Below are positions 36,356 through 45,457 of a DNA stretch of 64,000 bases, piece by piece. The DNA is taken from the NCBI GenBank assembly GCA_031459535.1, contig JAVKIJ010000004.1, forward strand, positions 79 through 64,078, written 5' to 3'. The first letter of the stretch is position 1, and the number at the start of each line of letters is the position of its first letter. The DNA comes from Candidatus Fervidifonticultor quintus (GTDB lineage: Bacteria > Sysuimicrobiota > Sysuimicrobiia > Sysuimicrobiales > Humicultoraceae). A program made the position numbers and the translations under genes. Under the pieces are notes generated by a model. It did not search any database. It was given only the letters and a program-made list of their open reading frames with translations, and was not told the origin of the DNA.

Positions 36356-38006
36356 TGGCCGCCGGGGTCATCCAGGCACGCTCCCGCTCGAGGGCGGCCT
36401 CGAACTGTTCCCGCTGCCGGCGGACCTCCGCGGGCTCCCATCGGAGCTCTTGCGCCATGAGCGCGGCCACCGCCGGCGCGGCTTCGGCGGCCGCGGCAGC
36501 ATCAATGCGGCCGAGCCGTGTCCGCAGGAACATCACATCCGACAGCGAGACGGCCATCTCGGCGCGGCACGCGTAGACGACCTCCGCCCCGATCGCGGGC
36601 GCCGTGGGGTGGAGGGGGCTGGCCAGCGCCGGGTCGGCGCGGATCAGCGCCAGGATCTCCCTCGCCCGTGAGCCGTACGCCTCGAAGAGGTGCGTCTGCT
36701 GCTCCGCCCCCAGCCGCGAGACGGCCAGCGCCGCCTGCGTCTCGTGCAGCGCCTCGGCCCCTGCGAGCCTCATGTCCGCCGTGCGGCACGGCCGGCGCGT
36801 CCCCTCGCGCCGGACGACGACATCCACGGCATCCTCGGCCATTTTCCGGTAGCTCGTGAGTTTGCCGCCCACGATGCTGACGAGCCCGCCGGCCGAGACC
36901 GACACCACGTGATCGCGGGCCAGGCCGGCGGTCGCACCGCCCGCCGCTGCGGCGACCAGCGGCCGGATGCCCGACCAGGCCGCGGTGACATCGCCGGGGT
37001 CCAACCGGCGTCGCAGGTACCGGTTGGCGTGGTCGAGCAGGTAGCGTACGTCGCCGGGCGTGGCGCGGGGATCGGCGAGGTCGCCCTCGTAGGGCTCGTC
37101 GGTAGTGCCCACGAGCGGCCGGCCGGCCCACGGCACGATGAACGCCAGCCTGCCGTCGTCGGTCTCGGGGATGACGAGCGCCCCGCTGGCGCGAATCGCG
37201 CCAGCGCGCAGGACCAGGTGCGTGCCCTTGCTGTGCCGGATGCGGAAGGGAGGCATCCCGTCCAGGGCGGCCACCCGTTCGCCCCAGATTCCGGTGGCGT
37301 TGACCACGAATCTCGCCGGCGCGTCGTAGGAGCGGCCGGTCAGCCGGTCCTCCACGCGCGCGCCGGCCACGGCACCCCCGGCGCGGAGCAGAGTCCTAAC
37401 TTCCGCGTGGTTGACCGTGACGGCGCCGTGCATCCGCGCGGTCGCCAGCACCGCGTGGGTCAGGCGGACGTCGTCAGTGCGCGCATCGTAGTACACCAGG
37501 GCGGCACGCAGGCCTTCGGTGTAAAGATCGGGGCACTGCGCCTCGAGCTCCGACCGGGCCAGCCTCCGGTGGCGGAGGTCCGGCCTGCCCGCGAACCAGT
37601 CGTAGACCGACAGGCCCGTCCGGATGCCCAGAGGGGCCAGGGGGCGGAGTGGGGCCGGAATGCGGACCCCCAGCGGGCGCTTCGTCCCCGCGTACAGCGG
37701 GATGATGAACGGCAGCGGGTGCACCACGTGCGGCGCCAGGCGCAGCAACCGGGTGCGTTCCCGGAGGCCTTCGCGCACCAGGCCGATGTGGCCCTGCGGG
37801 AGATAGCGGATCCCTCCGTGGACCAGCTTGGTGGACCGGCTGCTGGTGCCGCTGGCGAAGTCCGCGCGGTCCACCAGCCCCACGCGATAGCCCCGGCTGG
37901 CCGCGTCTAGCGCCACCCCTGCACCGGTGATACCGCCGCCGATGACCAGGACGTCCACGCCCGCTTGCAGTGCTTGGAAGCCCTCATCACGGGAGAGTGT
38001 CTGCAT
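36336..38006 (-). CDS. glpD: FAD-dependent glycerol-3-phosphate dehydrogenase
   Basis: DVLVIGGGITGAGVALDAASRG, SGTSSRSTKLVHGGIRYL, and C-terminal GlpD-type helical domain. Confidence 0.9.
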   Translation of the reverse strand: MQTLSRDEGFQALQAGVDVLVIGGGITGAGVALDAASRGYRVGLVDRADFASGTSSRSTKLVHGGIRYLPQGHIGLVREGLRERTRLLRLAPHVVHPLPFIIPLYAGTKRPLGVRIPAPLRPLAPLGIRTGLSVYDWFAGRPDLRHRRLARSELEAQCPDLYTEGLRAALVYYDARTDDVRLTHAVLATARMHGAVTVNHAEVRTLLRAGGAVAGARVEDRLTGRSYDAPARFVVNATGIWGERVAALDGMPPFRIRHSKGTHLVLRAGAIRASGALVIPETDDGRLAFIVPWAGRPLVGTTDEPYEGDLADPRATPGDVRYLLDHANRYLRRRLDPGDVTAAWSGIRPLVAAAAGGATAGLARDHVVSVSAGGLVSIVGGKLTSYRKMAEDAVDVVVRREGTRRPCRTADMRLAGAEALHETQAALAVSRLGAEQQTHLFEAYGSRAREILALIRADPALASPLHPTAPAIGAEVVYACRAEMAVSLSDVMFLRTRLGRIDAAAAAEAAPAVAALMAQELRWEPAEVRRQREQFEAALERERAWMTPAATTAGGP

Positions 38007-38100
38007 GAGTGCCTGCCGTCTGGCTCCGCTGTTGCAGAGTAGAGATACTCCAGGCTGCCGCGGGCTTCCTGGGCCTCGCGAGCCCCGTGGTGCCGGCGGT

Positions 38101-38922
38101 CTACTTGATCGCCCCGGCGGTCAGGCCGCTGATGAACCATCGGCCGGCGAGCCCGAACAGCAGGATCGGGGGCACGGCGATGATGACCGAGCTCGCCATC
38201 AGCAGTCCCCAGTCGATGAAGTACTGCTCCAGGAAGTAGGCCATGCCGATGGGCAACGTCTTGCGCGCGTCGCTGATGATGAAGATGGCGGCGAAGAGGT
38301 ATTCGGTCCACGACATCAGGAACGAGTTGAGGGCCAGCGCCGCCAGCCCCGGCGCCGACAGCGGCAGGAAGATGCGCACCAGGACCTGGAGGCGACTCGC
38401 GCCGTCCACCATCGCCGCGTCCTCGAGTTCGAGCGGGACGCCGGTGAAGAACGCGCGCAGCATCCAGATGCTGAACGGCGCCACCACCGTGACGTTGACG
38501 ATGATTAGGGCCACCAGGGTGTCGATGATGCCCAGGTGTGTGAAGGTCACATAGAGGGGGATGATCAGCAGCACCCGGGGGAAGATGTAGATGGAGATGA
38601 AGGCCCGGAAGAGCAGCTCTCGGCCACGGTAGCGGCATCGGTAGACGCTGTAGGCAGCGAGGCTGGCCAACACCAGGGTAATGGCGGTCGCGCCCGCGGC
38701 CACGTAGACGCTGTTCAGGAAATACGTGACGAACGGCACTTGGTGGAACAGCCGAACGTAGTGCTCCAGGGTGAACGTCTTGGGCCAGAAGGTCGGCTGG
38801 GGGCTCGTCAGCTCGGGTACGGTCTTGAAGGAGCCGATGACCACCCAGTACATGGGCAGCAGTACCACGGCCAGCACCAGGATCACCGACAGGTATCGGC
38901 CGACGGTCCGAACGGTCTTCAC
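38101..38922 (-). CDS. carbohydrate/G3P-type ABC transporter permease (MalG/UgpE-like)
   Basis: GTG 38922 (GTGA overlap with the upstream permease). EAA loop LEDAAMVDGASRLQVLVRIFLPL. The upstream part of track ORF 38101-39750 was rejected. Confidence 0.9.
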   Translation of the reverse strand: MKTVRTVGRYLSVILVLAVVLLPMYWVVIGSFKTVPELTSPQPTFWPKTFTLEHYVRLFHQVPFVTYFLNSVYVAAGATAITLVLASLAAYSVYRCRYRGRELLFRAFISIYIFPRVLLIIPLYVTFTHLGIIDTLVALIIVNVTVVAPFSIWMLRAFFTGVPLELEDAAMVDGASRLQVLVRIFLPLSAPGLAALALNSFLMSWTEYLFAAIFIISDARKTLPIGMAYFLEQYFIDWGLLMASSVIIAVPPILLFGLAGRWFISGLTAGAIK

Positions 38923-39827
38923 GCGGCCGCCTCGGTCTCGGGACGGCTGACGTACCGAAAGTAGAGCAGGCCGAAGGCCAGCAACATCAGGAACATGAGC
39001 AGCGACACGGTGGCGGCGTGGCTGATGCGGTGTTCGACGAAGCCCTTGTAGTAGATGAGGATCGAGAAGGTGGTGGTGGCGTAGCGGGGTCCGCCGCGCG
39101 TCAGCAGCCAGATGGCGTCGAAGATGTTCACGGCCCACAGGCATGCGATCAGAATGACGACCCTCAGGACCGGACCGATCACCGGGAGCTCCACGTACCA
39201 CAGGCGTGCCAGATACCCGGCGCCATCGATGTCGGCGGACTCCCCGAGCTCCCGGGGGATCGTCTGGAGCGCCGCCAGGATGATCACCGAGAAGAAGGGG
39301 AACCATCGCCAGACGTTGACCGCGGTGACCGCGTAGAGCGCGGTGGTCACCGAGCCCAGGAATGAGAGCGGCCGCGCAATGAGCCCGGCCTGCAGCAGCA
39401 GGTAGTTGACGACCCCCAGCGTCGGGTCGAGGACCCACTTGCCCATGGTGGCCAGGACGATGGAGGGGAAGAGCCACGGCAGGATGATCCAGTTCCGCAC
39501 GACTTCCCTGCCCCGAAAGTCCTGGTTCAGCACGAGGGCGGTCACCAGCGCCAGGGCCAGCTGCAGCGCCACGTTGAGCGCGGTCCACACCACGCTGACG
39601 CGCAGCGCGGACCAGAACTCCGAGGAAGCTAACACCGCTCGGAAGTTGGCGAGCCCGGCAAACGTGCCGCTCGTCCCCACGTACCCCACGTTCAGGACGC
39701 TGAGGCGGATGGTGTCGGCCAGGGGATAGGCGAGCGTGAGCAGCGCCCACGTCAGCAGTGGGAGGATCAGCAGGTAGCCGAAGTACGGGTCCTGCTGCAG
39801 CCGCTGGGCCAGGGGAGCCCGCCTCAC
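38919..39827 (-). CDS. carbohydrate/G3P-type ABC transporter permease (MalF/UgpA-like)
   Basis: 302 aa, 6 TM, EAA loop GESADIDGAGYLARLWYVELPV. Confidence 0.9.
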   Translation of the reverse strand: MRRAPLAQRLQQDPYFGYLLILPLLTWALLTLAYPLADTIRLSVLNVGYVGTSGTFAGLANFRAVLASSEFWSALRVSVVWTALNVALQLALALVTALVLNQDFRGREVVRNWIILPWLFPSIVLATMGKWVLDPTLGVVNYLLLQAGLIARPLSFLGSVTTALYAVTAVNVWRWFPFFSVIILAALQTIPRELGESADIDGAGYLARLWYVELPVIGPVLRVVILIACLWAVNIFDAIWLLTRGGPRYATTTFSILIYYKGFVEHRISHAATVSLLMFLMLLAFGLLYFRYVSRPETEAAA

Positions 39828-39838
39828 ATGCGCTCGAG

Positions 39839-39881
39839 GCGGGGCGTTCCCGGGGCGGTGCGCGCCCCGGGAACGCCCCGC
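39839..39881 (-). promoter_or_regulatory. very stable intercistronic hairpin between the binding-protein and permease genes
   Basis: GGGGCGTTCCCGGGG (39841-39855) is the exact reverse complement of CCCCGGGAACGCCCC (39865-39879). Pairing is extendable at both ends to about 19 bp with a 5-nt loop. Confidence 0.55.
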
Positions 39882-39900
39882 GATCCCGCGCGGACCGCCG

Positions 39901-41211
39901 CTAGCGCAGCGCCTCGCGCATCCGCTCTGCCCCGCGCCGCACCGCCTCCCGAGGCGAGAGCCCCTCGTGGATCATCAGTTGGGCTGCCCACGCAATGAGA
40001 TTCTGGCCGATGATCCGACCGATGTACCGGTGGTAGGGTTCCACGGTGAAGCCCAGTTGCTTGCCATACTTGGACTCCTCGATCATCACCTCGTACGAGT
40101 GCATGTGGGCCTTTACGGTCGGGTGATCGAGGAGCTCGCGTGCGCGCCAGGCCTCGTCGGTCACGGGCAAGAAGAACCCGGGGGCGACCGTGAGGACGCG
40201 CGCCATGTTGGCCGGCTTGGTCAGGTAGTCGACGAACTGCGCGAACGCCGGCCGGACCTTGGGGTCCGGGTTCAGCAACATGATACCGTTCGCCCATACG
40301 GCCGTGCCCCGTTGCCCGTTCTGGTCCGGGATGGGCACCGGCGCGGCGCCGAGGTACTCGGCCGGGAGCCTGGTGCGCAGGGCCCACTGCTCGTTGTACT
40401 GGCCCTTCTCGATGACCATGGCGATCTCGCCGGCCACGAGGGCGGCGATGGGCTGGTCCCACTGCCAGGCCTCCGACCCCGGGGGCGACAGCCTGAACAG
40501 CCGCTGATACATCTCGAAGGCTCGGACCGTGTCGGGATTGTCGAAGACCACGTTGCCCCGGGCGTCCAACAGGTGCTCGGCTCTCGCCGTGACCATCAGC
40601 GGGTAGATCTGCTGCACCGTGGCCAGGTGCCAGTCTCCGGGCACGCCGATCGCGTACTTGACCACACCGCTCTTGGTCAACGCGGCGGCCGCGTTCAGCA
40701 GTTCCGACCATGTCCTGGGCGGCCTTCGCGGATCCAGGCCGGCCTTCTGGAACAGGTCGGTCCGGTACCAGAGGACCTCGGACATGTTGTACAGCGGGAC
40801 CGCCCAGTACTTCCCCTCGGAGAAGAACGGGCGGAGGGCGGCTTCGTTCACCTTGTAGGCGCGCCTCATGGCGTTGACTTCCGCGGTGACGTCCTGGACC
40901 GATTCGGTCAGGCGAACGTCCATGGTCAAGTCCGGGGTGGTGAACATCATATCGGGGGGTCGCCGGGCCATTACCGCCGCCGAGATCTTCATGTAGACGT
41001 CGGCCCAGCTTTGGACCTCGACCTTGATGGTTACCGCGCGCTGGCTGCGGTTGAAGGCGTCCACCATCTCCTCGATCGCCTTCACCCGGGTGGGGCGGGC
41101 CTCCATGTGCCACAGCGTCAACGGCTGCTGGGCGCCCACCGGGACCGCGAGCGCCAGAGCAGCCAGTCCGGCAACGAGCCCGAGGAGCCGCATCCGGCCC
41201 ATGCTTCTCAA
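39901..41211 (-). CDS. ABC transporter substrate-binding protein (family 1, sugar/G3P-type)
   Basis: 436 aa, signal peptide LLGLVAGLAALALAVPVGAQ. First gene of the SBP-permease-permease-glpD unit. TTG 41211 is 9 nt after GGAGG. Confidence 0.9.
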   Translation of the reverse strand: MRSMGRMRLLGLVAGLAALALAVPVGAQQPLTLWHMEARPTRVKAIEEMVDAFNRSQRAVTIKVEVQSWADVYMKISAAVMARRPPDMMFTTPDLTMDVRLTESVQDVTAEVNAMRRAYKVNEAALRPFFSEGKYWAVPLYNMSEVLWYRTDLFQKAGLDPRRPPRTWSELLNAAAALTKSGVVKYAIGVPGDWHLATVQQIYPLMVTARAEHLLDARGNVVFDNPDTVRAFEMYQRLFRLSPPGSEAWQWDQPIAALVAGEIAMVIEKGQYNEQWALRTRLPAEYLGAAPVPIPDQNGQRGTAVWANGIMLLNPDPKVRPAFAQFVDYLTKPANMARVLTVAPGFFLPVTDEAWRARELLDHPTVKAHMHSYEVMIEESKYGKQLGFTVEPYHRYIGRIIGQNLIAWAAQLMIHEGLSPREAVRRGAERMREALR

Positions 41212-41256
41212 GAACCATCACCTCCGTGGGGATCGGGTGGGGTGGGACGGCACTTC

Positions 41257-41270
41257 TGACAACGTTGACA
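41257..41270. promoter_or_regulatory. candidate LacI-family-type operator
   Basis: TGACAACGTTGACA: 14-nt near-palindrome centred on CG, with one mismatch per half-site pair. It lies 46 nt upstream of the SBP start codon. Confidence 0.25.
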
Positions 41271-41359
41271 ATATCCCGCACCCAGTATTGGGGACCCCTG
41301 CGGCGCCTGCAATCCGGTGGAGGCCCGATTCGGCGCCGCCGGCGGGTCCATCCGGGACG

Positions 41360-41388
41360 TTGCCCCGGTGGGGGGCCTCTGCTATCCT
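41360..41388 (+). promoter_or_regulatory. candidate ispH promoter (TTGCCC-17-TATCCT)
   Basis: Hexamers with a 17-nt spacer, 35 nt upstream of GTG 41423. Weak -35. Confidence 0.3.
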
Positions 41389-41422
41389 CGGAGCGAAACC
41401 TGCACGCCCGCGGGGGTGGCGC

Positions 41423-42295
41423 GTGGAAGTGGTGTTGGCCAGGCACCAGGGGTTCTGTGGCGGCGTCCGCCGGGCCGTGGAGATGTCCGAGGCCGCAGCC
41501 AGGGAGCACGCCGGCGGCGTCCAGACCTGGGGCCCGCTCATCCACAATCCCCAGGTGGTCGGCCGGCTCGAAGAGGCCGGCGTGGCGGTCACCGAAGAGC
41601 CCGACGGGCTCCGCGGTGAGGCGTTCGTCGTCTCGGCCTACGGGGTCGAGCGCGGGGTGCTGGAAGCGGCCAGGGCCCGCGGCATGACCATCATCGATGC
41701 GACCTGCCCCGTGGTGACCAGGGCCCACTCGCTGGCGTCCAAGCTGGTCGAGGAGGGCTACCAGCTCATCGCGGTCGGCGACCACGGCCATCCGGAGATG
41801 GTGACGCTGAAGGAAGCGCTTGGGGACCGCGTCACCGTCGTCCACACTCGGGAGGAGGCGGCGGCGGTCAAGCTCCGCGGCAAGATCGGCGTCATCTCCC
41901 AGACGACCCAGTCCATGGAGAACTTCCGCCAGATCGTGGGCGACATCGCGCTGCGCACCAAAGAGATGAAGGTCGTCAACACCCTCTGTCCGGCCATCAC
42001 CGTCCGTCAGGAAGAGGCTGAGGTGTTGGTCCGGCAGGTGGATGCGCTGGTGGTCGTGGGCGGCCATCACAGCAGCAACACCACCCGCCTGGCCGAGATC
42101 GGCCGCAGCGGCGGTCTGCCGACCTTCCACATCGAGGTGGCCGACGAACTGGACCCGGCGTGGTTTGCCGGCATCGGGCGCGTGGGCGTGATGTCAGGGG
42201 CGTCAACGCCGGACTGGATCATCGCCCAGGTGGTCCGGCGGCTCGAGGAGATCGGCGCCACGATGGAGGAGGCCGCCGCTCAAGCGGCGTCGTGA
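41423..42295 (+). CDS. ispH: 4-hydroxy-3-methylbut-2-enyl diphosphate reductase
   Basis: GFCGGVRRAV, GPLIHNPQVV, DATCPVVT and NTLCPAIT (three Fe-S Cys regions). GTG 41423. The upstream part of the track ORF was rejected. Confidence 0.9.
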   Translation: MEVVLARHQGFCGGVRRAVEMSEAAAREHAGGVQTWGPLIHNPQVVGRLEEAGVAVTEEPDGLRGEAFVVSAYGVERGVLEAARARGMTIIDATCPVVTRAHSLASKLVEEGYQLIAVGDHGHPEMVTLKEALGDRVTVVHTREEAAAVKLRGKIGVISQTTQSMENFRQIVGDIALRTKEMKVVNTLCPAITVRQEEAEVLVRQVDALVVVGGHHSSNTTRLAEIGRSGGLPTFHIEVADELDPAWFAGIGRVGVMSGASTPDWIIAQVVRRLEEIGATMEEAAAQAAS

Positions 42296-43674
42296 GCCCC
42301 ACCCCAGCGCTCCCGGTCGTTGCCATCATCGGCCGGCCCAACGTGGGCAAGTCCGCCCTCTTCAATCGCCTGCTCGGGCAGCGTCTGGCCATCGTCGAGG
42401 ACACCCCGGGCGTCACCCGCGACCGGCTCTATGCCGAGGCCGAGTGGCGGGGACGGCGGTTTGCGCTCGTGGACACGGGCGGGCTGCTGTCCGGCAAGCT
42501 CGACGGGCTCGGCGCGCAGGTCCGCTCCCAGGCTGCGGCGGCACTGGTTGAGGCAGACCTCGTGCTCTTCGTGGTGGACACCCGTGACGGCATCGTGCCC
42601 GAAGATCGCCAGATCGCCCAGCTCGTGCGCGAGGCCCGGGTGCCGGTGCTCCTGGTCGCCAACAAGGTGGACGCGCCCGCGCAGGAACCGGCCGCCGCGG
42701 AGTTCCACGGCCTGGGCCTGGGCGAGCCCTTTCCGGTCTCCGCCCTCCACGGCCGCGGCATCGGCGAGCTCCTCGACGCGATCGTCGCGCTGCTCCCGGA
42801 GGTGCCGCCCCCGGCGGAGACGAGCGCGCCGGTGGCCGTGGCCGTCGTCGGCCGCCCCAACGTCGGCAAGTCGTCGCTGGTGAACGCGTTGCTGGGGCAG
42901 GAACGCGTGGTCGTCGACGCCGCTCCCGGGACCACCCGCGATGCGGTGGACACCCTGTGCGAACGAGAGGGCCGACGGTATCTGCTCATCGACACCGCCG
43001 GCCTGCGGCGCCGGTCCCGGGTCGGCTCGGAGATCGAAGTCTACAGCGCGGTGCGCACGCGTCGGGCCATTGCGCGGGCGGACGTGGCGGTGCTGGTGCT
43101 GGACGCCTGTGAGCCGCCGGCCGATCAAGATCAGCACATCGCCAGCGAGATTGCCAGGGCCGGCTGCGGCGTGGTGGTGGCGCTCAACAAGTGGGACTGC
43201 GTCGCGGCGGGCCCGCACCCCGACCGGGCCCGAGAGCGGGCGGTGCGGCACGCGTTGCGTTTCGTGGACTACGCGCCGATTGTGGCGGTCTCCGCCGCCA
43301 GGCGCTGGGGCCTGGAGCGCCTGTTTGGGGCCATCGATGCCGTCGCCGCCGCCCACCGGTGCCGTATCGGCACCGGCGTGCTCAACCGGGTGTTGCAGGA
43401 GGCGGTGGCGGCGCAGCCGCCGCCGGCCGACGCCGCCGGCCGACGCCTGCGCCTGTACTACGCCACACAGCCCGCAACCGGGCCGCCGACCGTGGTGCTC
43501 TTCGTCAACGAGCCCGCGCGCATGCCCGAGGCCTACCGGCGCCACCTGGAGCGGGCCCTTCGCTCCCGGTTCGACCTGACCGGCGTGCCGTTGCGGCTGG
43601 TGCTGCGCCGCCGGGGCGAGGACGCCGGGGCCGCGAGATCAGGGGGTCAGGATGCCCGAGCTACCCGAAGTTGA
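42292..43674 (+). CDS. der: ribosome-associated GTPase Der (EngA)
   Basis: Two tandem G domains (GRPNVGKSALFN and GRPNVGKSSLVN, with DTGG / DTAG) plus a KH-like C-terminus. GTGA overlap with ispH. Confidence 0.92.
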   Translation: MSPTPALPVVAIIGRPNVGKSALFNRLLGQRLAIVEDTPGVTRDRLYAEAEWRGRRFALVDTGGLLSGKLDGLGAQVRSQAAAALVEADLVLFVVDTRDGIVPEDRQIAQLVREARVPVLLVANKVDAPAQEPAAAEFHGLGLGEPFPVSALHGRGIGELLDAIVALLPEVPPPAETSAPVAVAVVGRPNVGKSSLVNALLGQERVVVDAAPGTTRDAVDTLCEREGRRYLLIDTAGLRRRSRVGSEIEVYSAVRTRRAIARADVAVLVLDACEPPADQDQHIASEIARAGCGVVVALNKWDCVAAGPHPDRARERAVRHALRFVDYAPIVAVSAARRWGLERLFGAIDAVAAAHRCRIGTGVLNRVLQEAVAAQPPPADAAGRRLRLYYATQPATGPPTVVLFVNEPARMPEAYRRHLERALRSRFDLTGVPLRLVLRRRGEDAGAARSGGQDARATRS

Positions 43675-44470
43675 CACTGCGCGGCGCACGCTTGAGCCGC
43701 TGGTGGTTGGCCGGCGCATCGAGCGGTTGGAGGTGTTGCGGGCGGCCTGCCTGCGCACGCACGCGCCGGCTGAGGCCTCCCGGATCCTGGCGGGGCGACG
43801 CATCCAGGCGATCGGCCGCCGGGGCAAGGCCCTGGTCTTCTCGCTCGACGGCGGTTGGGTCTTGACCTTCCACTTCGCGCTGTGGGGCGTCGTGCGGGTG
43901 CGCGACGCCCTAGCGGGAGCGGCCCCTTCCGGCGATGCGGCGACCTCGGCGCTCTTGCACCTGGAAGGCGGCCGCGCCGTCGAGTTCCGCGAGCTCCAGT
44001 TGAGCGGGTTGCATCTGTACCGGGAAGCCGAGCTCAAGCGGACCCCGTTCTTCGCCGAGATGGGGCCCGACGCGCTCGCCCCCGGATTGACCCTGCGCCA
44101 GTTTCGCGAGCGCCTCCGGGGCCGGGGCACGATCCGCTCGTTGCTCACTGACCAGTCCCGTCTGGCCGGGATCGGCAACATGTGGTCGCAGGAGATCCTG
44201 TTTGCCGCGGGCCTGCGGCCGTCGCGGGCGGCGCAGACGCTTGACGCCGCCGCATGGTCGCGGCTCTATCGGGCCACCCGCACTGTGTTGCGCCGGGCCG
44301 TGCGTGCCGGTGGGGAGCCGGAATTTCCCGATGCCACCGGCCGACTGGGCCGCTTTGCCCTGGCCGTCTACAAGCGCGCCGGGCAGCCGTGCCGGGTGTG
44401 CGGGACGACGATCGCGCAGGGACGCGTCGGCGGCCGGCCAGCGTTCTACTGTCCGACGTGCCAGCGATGA
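43652..44470 (+). CDS. mutM: formamidopyrimidine-DNA glycosylase
   Basis: N-terminal MPELPEV, H2TH region, C-terminal zinc finger CRVCGT...CPTCQ. Confidence 0.9.
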   Translation: MPELPEVDTARRTLEPLVVGRRIERLEVLRAACLRTHAPAEASRILAGRRIQAIGRRGKALVFSLDGGWVLTFHFALWGVVRVRDALAGAAPSGDAATSALLHLEGGRAVEFRELQLSGLHLYREAELKRTPFFAEMGPDALAPGLTLRQFRERLRGRGTIRSLLTDQSRLAGIGNMWSQEILFAAGLRPSRAAQTLDAAAWSRLYRATRTVLRRAVRAGGEPEFPDATGRLGRFALAVYKRAGQPCRVCGTTIAQGRVGGRPAFYCPTCQR

Positions 44471-44486
44471 ACGGAGGCTGGGCGTC

Positions 44487-44837
44487 GTGAGTCCCCGTAT
44501 GCCCATGCCCGTCGAGATGGGCAGCGTGACCGACCACATCCTGCGCATCACGTGGTCCGACGGGCACCGCTCTGTCTACTCGTGGGTGATGCTGCGGGTC
44601 AACTGTCCGTGCGCGGCCTGCGTCGGCGAGTGGCGGGACCGACGGCCGCGGCTGCGGCCCGAAGACGTCCCGCCCGACATCCGGGCGCTCGCGGTGAGTC
44701 GCGTCGGCGCGTACGCCCTGCGGTTCGACTGGTCGGACGGGCACAACACGGGACTGTACACGTTCGCCTCGCTCCGCCACGAGCTGTGCGAGTGTGACGC
44801 GTGCGCGAGGGCCAGAGGCACACCGCGCAGCGGGTGA
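44487..44837 (+). CDS. DUF971-family protein (gamma-butyrobetaine hydroxylase-like N-terminal domain)
   Basis: GTG 44487 is 9 nt after GGAGG. ILRITWSDGH...LRVNCPCAAC...YALRFDWSDGHNTGLYTF is the typical DUF971 double repeat. Confidence 0.7.
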   Translation: MSPRMPMPVEMGSVTDHILRITWSDGHRSVYSWVMLRVNCPCAACVGEWRDRRPRLRPEDVPPDIRALAVSRVGAYALRFDWSDGHNTGLYTFASLRHELCECDACARARGTPRSG

Positions 44838-44875
44838 TCCCGTGTCGCGTTGGGCGGCTATGTTCCCGGCCGGTG

Positions 44876-44884
44876 TGGTATACT
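44876..44884 (+). promoter_or_regulatory. extended -10 element (TGGTATACT) upstream of tRNA-Pro
   Basis: TGnTATACT lies 13 nt upstream of the tRNA 5' end. No convincing -35. Confidence 0.3.
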
Positions 44885-44897
44885 CGGCGGTGGACGT

Positions 44898-44974
44898 CGG
44901 GCCGTAGCGCAGCTTGGTAGCGCGCCTGAATGGGGTTCAGGAGGTCGGCGGTTCAAGTCCGCCCGGCCCGACCA
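44898..44974 (+). tRNA. tRNA-Pro (anticodon GGG)
   Basis: Hand-folded cloverleaf: acceptor CGGGCCG/CGGCCCG, D stem GCGC/GCGC, anticodon stem CCTGA/TCAGG with loop A-T-GGG-G-T, 5-nt variable loop, T stem GGCGG/CCGCC with TTCAAGT loop, discriminator A and encoded CCA. Confidence 0.92.
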
Positions 44975-45019
44975 GCTCAAGGCGGGACAGGAAGGTCCGG
45001 GATTCAACCGGTCATCGTC

Positions 45020-45457
45020 GTGGGTAGCCTCTTGAGTCTCCCTCTTACGATACAGCAACGCGAGCGCCTGAGGGAGATCGCGTCACGCCACCGGCTTCGC
45101 CTGATTGTGGCGTTTGGGTCGGCGGTCACCGGGCGGACGCATCTGGGCAGTGATCTCGACCTGGCCGTGCTGCCGGCGGATGGGTTGGAGCTCTCCCTGG
45201 ACGACTTTGCGCACCTGCGAGCCGGTCTGGCCGATGTGTTTGCGCCCGCCGAGGTGGACCTGGCGCTCATGTCACGCGCGGACCCGCTGTTCCTGCGCAA
45301 GATCTTCGAGACGGCCGTGCTGCTCTACGGCGACGGACGCACCTTCCGCTGGTATCGGGTCTACGCGTTTCGGCGTTTCAGTGAGTACCTGCCTTACCTG
45401 CGCGTAGAGGCCGAGAGCACGCGGACGCTGGTGCGACGGCTGCGCCATGCCGGTTGA
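45020..45457 (+). CDS. mntA: MntA-type nucleotidyltransferase antitoxin (type VII TA)
   Basis: Minimal nucleotidyltransferase motif FGSAVTGRTHLGSDLDLAV. Overlaps the downstream DUF86 gene by 11 nt. Start 45020 (GTG) or 45035 (TTG). Confidence 0.8.
   Translation: MGSLLSLPLTIQQRERLREIASRHRLRLIVAFGSAVTGRTHLGSDLDLAVLPADGLELSLDDFAHLRAGLADVFAPAEVDLALMSRADPLFLRKIFETAVLLYGDGRTFRWYRVYAFRRFSEYLPYLRVEAESTRTLVRRLRHAG

Noticed and set aside
39824-42130. 768-aa minus-strand ORF, the longest in the track
   Set aside because: It runs out of frame through the sugar-binding-protein gene and antisense through ispH, both of which have clear family motifs. Its translation is Arg/Gly/Pro/Ala-rich with no recognisable domain. 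This is a typical stop-codon-poor artefact of very GC-rich DNA.
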